Assembly: GCA_963727445.1 (NCBI GenBank)
Contig: CAVSGI010000006.1
Span: 32,001-96,000, forward strand
Length of the DNA: 64,000 nucleotides
Direction of reading: 5' to 3'
Origin: an uncultured delta proteobacterium
Lineage (GTDB): Bacteria; Myxococcota_A; Polyangia; Polyangiales; B10-G4
Part shown: piece by piece, positions 58,551-64,000 of the stretch
Layout of the letters: the number at the start of each line of letters is the position of its first letter
How positions within the stretch are numbered: the stretch's first letter is position 1
Position numbers and translations under genes: made by a program
The notes under the pieces: model-generated
The model's input: the letters and a program-made list of their open reading frames with translations, nothing else
What the model was told of the DNA's origin: nothing
Databases searched by the model: none

Positions 58551-60737
58551 ATGCGTAGTGCTGCTTTGATTGCCGCTTCCTTCGTCCTCTTCGGCCTCGC
58601 CTGCACTTCGGGGGGCGACGACGCCTCGGGCCTGCCCGACGTGGGCTTCGACGTCGGGCCGATGGACGGGGGATCGGACACACGTCCCGAGCCCGTCGAG
58701 GAGACCTGCACCGCCGACAGCATGGACAGCACGCTGGGGCAGGCGTGCTCGGGCGACGCCGAGTGCGACGACGGCTGCTACTGCAACGGAGTCGAGCTGT
58801 GCTCGGGCGGCACGTGCGTCGCGGGCTCGGATCCGTGTCCGGACGAGGTCGACTGCACCGCCGATTCGTGCCTCGAGGAGCTCGACCGCTGCTTCCACGA
58901 TCCGCAGCACGAGATGTGTGCGGACGGCGACGCCTGCAACGGCGCCGAGATCTGCGACATCTCGATGGGCTGCCGGCCAGCGTCCCCGCTCTATTGCAAC
59001 GACGAGAACGCCTGCACCGTCGACAGCTGCGACACGACGGAGGGCTGCGTCTACACGCTCCGCGACCTCGACGGGGACGGCTTCGTGGATGGCCGCTGCG
59101 GCGGTGAGGACTGCGACGACGACCCGCGCTTCGGAATGAACATCTATCCCGGAGCGACGGAGGACTGCCGCAATGGTCGCGACGACGACTGCAACGGGCT
59201 TCGCGATTTCACGGACCCGGCGTGCGTGCCCACCAACGACGACTGCTCGAGCGCGGAGATGCTCCCCGGTCCGGGGCGGTATTCGGGCTCGACGGCGGGG
59301 CTCACGGACGACATCGCGGTCGGCTGCGACAGCTCCGGCCTCGACGCCGTCTACCGCTTCAACCTGCCGATGACGCAGGACGTGCGGGTCTCACTCGCCG
59401 GGGGCGGCACCGGGACGTCGATCGCGCTTCGCCCCTGGGGCTCCTGCGCGAGCGGGCCGGACGACAAGTGCAGCGCCGCGACGCCGCCGACCATCCTGCG
59501 CCGTAGCCTGCCGCCCGGCGACTACGCGATCATCGTCAAGACCACCACCGGCTCGCCTTTCGACATCCTCTTGATGTTCGACGCGCCGACGCCGATTCCG
59601 CCGGTCGACGTCTGCAACGCGATGACCGAGGACGTCTCCGCGGGCGGCACCTTCACCGGGTTCTTCGCCGAGGTCGACGACGACTACACGCTGTCCTGCC
59701 ACAGCGGCTCGGGCTGGCTGGACGCCGCCTACAAGTTCACCATCACCTCGCCCAAGGACGTGACCATCACCGGCAGCACCTCGGGCGCCGCGTGGACACC
59801 GACCACCTACGTGTCGCTGCTCACCGACTGCAGCGACTCCTCCACCACGCTGCAGTGCGTCACGGGCACTTCGTCGATGCTCAGACGACGTGGCCTGCCG
59901 GCGGGCACCTATTACGTCCTGCTCGAGTCGAGCGCGACCGACGCGACCATGTGGAGCCTGGACGTCAGCATCACCGATCCGTTGCCGCGCACCGCGGGCG
60001 ACGCCTGTTCGAGCGCGGTGGACATCACCAGCTCCATGGGCAGCGTGGACCTGGCGACGCAGGAGTTCGACGTCGGCACGGGCTGCGGCGGCGCCTCCAC
60101 GATCTATCGGGACACGTTCTTCTACTTCGATCTCGCCACCACGCGGGACGTGACGCTCGAGACGAACGCTGCGGGCGCGTTCCACTATGTCTCGTTGAAC
60201 GACGCCTGCGGCGTGGTGGGGAGCGAGATCCGCTGCCGCAACGGAAGCGGCACCCTGACCAACACCTTCCGCAGCCTACCGCCCGGGCGCTACTTCGTGA
60301 CCACCGCCACCACCGCCTCCGCGGGCATGGTGACGGCGCAGATCACCACCGCGCCTCCGACGCCGATCCCACCGAACGATCGGTGCAGCGGTGCCATCGA
60401 GGTGGGCATGGGCTACTCGAGCGTCGACACCGTCATCGACTTCGAGGACGACGTTGTCGGCTGTACGGGAACGAACGAGCCAGACGCCTTCTACCAGATC
60501 ACACTGACGACGCGTCAGCGTGTGCTCATCACCGCCGACGGTATGCCCGGGACGGCCTCCACGTACCTGACCCTGCGCAACGTGTGCGGCTCCGGCACCA
60601 ACCTCGCGTGTGGCTCGGGCGACCCCGCGACCATCTCCCAGACCCTCGACCCTGGCACCTACTACCTGATCGTGGAGTCGCCGAGCTTCACGAGCGCCCA
60701 CGACTACCGTCTGGACGTGGTGATCCTCGCGCCGTAG
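58551..60737 (+). CDS. Paralogous Cys-rich surface lipoprotein with PPC-like repeats
   Basis: Lipobox GLAC; DCDD...PGATEDC.NG.DDDCNG motif; repeated LPPG.Y. Confidence 0.85.
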   Translation: MRSAALIAASFVLFGLACTSGGDDASGLPDVGFDVGPMDGGSDTRPEPVEETCTADSMDSTLGQACSGDAECDDGCYCNGVELCSGGTCVAGSDPCPDEVDCTADSCLEELDRCFHDPQHEMCADGDACNGAEICDISMGCRPASPLYCNDENACTVDSCDTTEGCVYTLRDLDGDGFVDGRCGGEDCDDDPRFGMNIYPGATEDCRNGRDDDCNGLRDFTDPACVPTNDDCSSAEMLPGPGRYSGSTAGLTDDIAVGCDSSGLDAVYRFNLPMTQDVRVSLAGGGTGTSIALRPWGSCASGPDDKCSAATPPTILRRSLPPGDYAIIVKTTTGSPFDILLMFDAPTPIPPVDVCNAMTEDVSAGGTFTGFFAEVDDDYTLSCHSGSGWLDAAYKFTITSPKDVTITGSTSGAAWTPTTYVSLLTDCSDSSTTLQCVTGTSSMLRRRGLPAGTYYVLLESSATDATMWSLDVSITDPLPRTAGDACSSAVDITSSMGSVDLATQEFDVGTGCGGASTIYRDTFFYFDLATTRDVTLETNAAGAFHYVSLNDACGVVGSEIRCRNGSGTLTNTFRSLPPGRYFVTTATTASAGMVTAQITTAPPTPIPPNDRCSGAIEVGMGYSSVDTVIDFEDDVVGCTGTNEPDAFYQITLTTRQRVLITADGMPGTASTYLTLRNVCGSGTNLACGSGDPATISQTLDPGTYYLIVESPSFTSAHDYRLDVVILAP

Positions 60738-60752
60738 TCCGAGCTGCCCGCC

Positions 60753-61610
60753 TCAGGTCGCGACGACTTCGTGAAACTTCCGCACGTCGAGGACGAGGCG
60801 ACCGTCCTCGCGCTCCGACAGCACGTCGGCGAGTCGGTGCCCGAAGAGGATCTCGGTGTCCGTGTAGGTATAGACGGAGTGGACGAGCATCCGCGTGGTC
60901 TCGTCGATGCCGCTCACGGCGACCATGAGCTCGACTTCCTTTTCCGCGAGGTCCTCGGCGGTGAGCCCGGCGAAGGGGCTGTCGTCGTCGATGGCGTGCA
61001 TGATGTTGAAGGAGCGCGCGAGCACCGGGGCCTCGCTGCGCACCAGCGGGAGATCGAGGAGGCGGTAGAAGGTCTGGCCCTCCGCCGTGACGCTGGTGAA
61101 GGTGAAGACGACCTTCACCTGGGCGTCGAGGACCGAGTCGCCGCGGTCGTTGCCGATACGAAACATGAGGGTGGGCACCCCGTCGAAGGGCGTGATCACC
61201 GCGGCGCGTGAGAACACGATCCGCGCCCGAGAGACCGCGAACTTCGTGAAGACCATCCCGGTCGCGATCGCGGTGTAGAGGACGCCGAGGATCGATTCGG
61301 CGATCACCAGCACGTTGGCGACCCGCGAGGTCGGGTGCATCGAGCCGTACCCGATGGTGGCCAGCGTCTGGACGCTGAAGTCGAAGGCGTCCGCGAAGGA
61401 TCCGGGCGCGGCGTTTTCGATGCCCCCGGTCCACACGTATGCAGCAGCGAAGACCAGGTTGATGAGCACGAAGACGCTGGTGATGGCGGCGACGATCACG
61501 CTCCAGCGGGCGCGGAGCAGACCGCGATACACATCCCGAAGCGGATGATGGCGCACGCCCACGATGAGAGGGCGGGTGTCGGGGGGCGGGCCGCTCGGGG
61601 TGTCGCTCAC
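60753..61610 (-). CDS. Inward-rectifier K+ channel (KirBac-like)
   Basis: FSVQTLATIGYG filter, ARIVFS, DGVPTLMFRIGN and HAIDDDSPF motifs. Confidence 0.93.
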   Translation of the reverse strand: MSDTPSGPPPDTRPLIVGVRHHPLRDVYRGLLRARWSVIVAAITSVFVLINLVFAAAYVWTGGIENAAPGSFADAFDFSVQTLATIGYGSMHPTSRVANVLVIAESILGVLYTAIATGMVFTKFAVSRARIVFSRAAVITPFDGVPTLMFRIGNDRGDSVLDAQVKVVFTFTSVTAEGQTFYRLLDLPLVRSEAPVLARSFNIMHAIDDDSPFAGLTAEDLAEKEVELMVAVSGIDETTRMLVHSVYTYTDTEILFGHRLADVLSEREDGRLVLDVRKFHEVVAT

Positions 61611-61703
61611 GGGCCGGATCGTCGAGGGGGCAGGGCGGTGCGGCAAGAAAGCGGCGCGGACGATCGGAAGGGGTGGGACGCCGAACAACGCGTTTGCGAC
61701 TTG

Positions 61704-62345
61704 CTATCCTCTCGGCAGGGCACCTGCCACGCCGCAACGATGGACGCGCCCCTGCATCGAGAGGGCGCGGCCCGCGTAGCGTACGGGGACGCCGAAGGTC
61801 GCCTCGGAGAGCGTGTCTTGGAGGATGCGCACGCGCGCCGCGCGGCAGTGCGGCGGCGCGACCTCCTCCCAGGGGATGCGGTAGAGCGTCTCGCCCTTTC
61901 GCGTCAGGGCGACGCGCGGAGGCGGGGCCTCCAGCGCCTCCTCGGTTTCCTCAATCTCGGCCACGAGCGTTCCGCGAGGCGTCTCGACGGCGACGCGGTG
62001 TGGGTCGACGGAGAGCCGCGCGGCCCGAACGGGGTAGCGGATCAGAGCCGCGCCCGTGGCGCGCACGAAAGCACTGTCGAGGTCGCAGGCGACGGAGAGC
62101 CACGCGGCGGCGCCCTCGTGTCGCACGCCGACGCGAAAGAGCGCTTCGTGGTAGTCGAGGCGTGGGCCGGGGAGTGCCCGCGGCCGCAGGCCGTCCATCC
62201 AGAAGAAGAGGACGTTGACCGGGACCGTCCCGTCCGGGTTCTCTTCGGCCTCCACCCCCGGGGGCAGCGCCGCCGCGAGAGCCGGATCGGCCGAGCCACT
62301 GAGCTCGACGGTGAATCGCTCTACGCCCTCGACAATGGTGCGCAC
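61704..62345 (-). CDS. Hypothetical protein (DUF2071/acetoacetate-decarboxylase-like fold possible)
   Basis: DPALAAALPPG and YHEALFRV patterns; fills the gap between co-oriented genes. Confidence 0.55.
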   Translation of the reverse strand: MRTIVEGVERFTVELSGSADPALAAALPPGVEAEENPDGTVPVNVLFFWMDGLRPRALPGPRLDYHEALFRVGVRHEGAAAWLSVACDLDSAFVRATGAALIRYPVRAARLSVDPHRVAVETPRGTLVAEIEETEEALEAPPPRVALTRKGETLYRIPWEEVAPPHCRAARVRILQDTLSEATFGVPVRYAGRALSMQGRVHRCGVAGALPRG

Positions 62346-62370
62346 GCCACAACCTTACGATGGAGGCGCG

Positions 62371-63336
62371 CTACCGCGGATACTGCGGCAGCTTCGCCTT
62401 CTCCGGGTCGAACTTGTCGGTCTCGACGAAGACGTAGCGGGCGAGGGGGACGGTGGTGCGGATGCGGTGCTCGAGGGCGTTGGTGCGTTCGACGACGTCG
62501 TCGACGGTGAGCTCCTCGTCCCATTCGATTTTGATCGCCGCCAGGAACTCGTCGTCGCCGAGCTGCATGGTGCGCAGGTTCATCAAGCGGGCGACGCCTT
62601 CGGTGTTCAGCGTCAGCTCTCGGATCGCCTCCTGAGACTCCTTGCTCGCCGCCTCTCCGATGAGGAGCGACTTGGTCTCGCGGGCGACGAAGAAGGCGAT
62701 GAGGACCAGGAGCACGCCGATGGCGAAGGTCGCGTAGACGTCCCAGTGCGGCTGGCCGGTCACCAGAACCAGCACGATGCCAATGAGCGCCAGGAACAGG
62801 CCGATCAGGGCGCCGGTGTCCTCCATCCAGATGACGATGATCTCGGTGGACTTCGACCCCTCGATGTAGCGGATCAGCCCCTCGTCGCCGCGGAGGCTGT
62901 TGATCTCGCGCGTGGCCGCGATCCACGACATTCCTTCGAGGATGATGGCCACCACCAGCACGCCGATGGCCACCTCCGGATGCTGCATGTGGTACGGCTC
63001 GCCGCTCGCGAGGTGCGCCTTGAGCTCGTGCAGCTTCTCCACGCCTTCGTAGAGGGCGAAGAGCCCACCGAGGGTGAAGAGCATCACCGCCACGATGAAG
63101 CTCCAGAAGTAGCTCTCCATCTTGTAGCCGAAGGGATGCCGCTCGTCGGGAGGCCGCGAGGCCTTCTTCATCCCCCACAAGAGCAGGATTCTGATTCCCC
63201 GTGTCCGCCAGGGAGTGGATCGCCTCGGCCAGCAGCGACGCCGACCGCGTCAGAAAGAACGCGACGAACTTCGCCAGCGCGATGCCCATGTTCGCCGCGA
63301 GGGCGAGGAAGACCACCTTTTTGACCCGTGTGCCAT
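62371..63336 (-). CDS. Cation diffusion facilitator transporter (frameshifts near 63190 and 63320)
   Basis: ALAAN..IA.AK, AEAIHSLADTGNQ, HPFGY and EDTGAL motifs. Confidence 0.9.
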
Positions 63337-63404
63337 GGGGCAGGGGCGGGACTCTACCCCATTTCGAGGGAGTGGCTGGTCGGGAGATGGCCTTCCTGGG
63401 CAGG

Positions 63405-63803
63405 CTACGGGTTGGTGGCCCCGGAGCACCAGCCGGCCGTGCCACCGCCTCTTGTCGTGCAGTGTTCTCCGGCCAGGCAGTCGACGTCGCCGTTGCAGGC
63501 GACCCCGCCTTGGCAGAGGCCCGCGATGCAGGCCGCCCGGCGCTCGGCCGTGTCGGCCGGTCCGATGCAGCCATCGCACTCGATCCCCGGCTCGCATCCG
63601 ATGTGCGCGCGGTACTTCTCCTCGTATGCTTGGTTGATTGCCTCGAGGTCATCGAGGGTGGCGCCGCACCCACAACACACGCTCAGGACCACGATGCAGT
63701 CCGCGTCCACCGTGCACGTGCGCATCTCGGTGAGCGAGGGGCTTTGATTGCAAGCACCGAGGAGCAGCGGCACGAAGAGAAGCGTCGCGAGCGCACTGCG
63801 CAT
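63405..63803 (-). CDS. Small Cys-rich lipoprotein
   Basis: Lipobox LGAC; C..DADC and CCGC motifs. Confidence 0.65.
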   Translation of the reverse strand: MRSALATLLFVPLLLGACNQSPSLTEMRTCTVDADCIVVLSVCCGCGATLDDLEAINQAYEEKYRAHIGCEPGIECDGCIGPADTAERRAACIAGLCQGGVACNGDVDCLAGEHCTTRGGGTAGWCSGATNP

Positions 63804-64000
63804 GAGCCATATGGTATCACTCGATCCGCTCGCGGGCTGTCGGCCTACGGGGGTGACAGGACAGGACGGGGCGGGCGCGGGTTCGCCTCGTGCGTGCGGT
63901 CCGTCTGGACGGCCTCGACCTCGCTCGCCTTGTGGGACGTGCCTGGCCGCCGGGCCCCCCGCATTTTTCTCGTGCCGAAATTTTGCCCACTCTGGCCCAA

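Overview
This is a very GC-rich window, most likely from a myxobacterium (Polyangiales/Sandaracinaceae-like), inferred from Cys-rich lipoproteins, a PEGA Ser/Thr kinase and an MshEN-like protein. Its core is a ~32 kb compatible-solute supercluster (8.3-40.8 kb). It encodes: an AblB-like acetyltransferase divergent from an HDAC-family deacetylase and a BCCT carrier; a TeaABC-like TRAP system coupled to a GluR0-like K+ channel; an ectoine hydrolase DoeA-like gene coupled to threonine aldolase; a LysR-linked operon (BesD-family hydroxylase, DddP-like M24 enzyme, gamma-glutamyltransferase, GS-like ligase, DoeB); ask-ectABCD plus an SSS transporter; and an AsnB-like amidotransferase-GSMT-SDMT-PutP operon divergent from a MarR/EctR regulator. 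A shared TTYG-N4-CRAA palindrome sits in front of three of these units. The most novel candidate is a non-canonical (hydroxy)ectoine/diaminobutyrate catabolic route using aldol cleavage and gamma-glutamylation instead of EutABC/DoeCD. To the right lie a 51-bp hairpin tandem array next to tRNA-Arg(CCG), two arrays of a GTAG-type REP-like element, an unannotated 45-aa basic ORF, panBC and other housekeeping or surface genes. Many single-base frameshifts (including in panB) look like sequencing indels. All functional calls come from motif recognition only; no searches were run.
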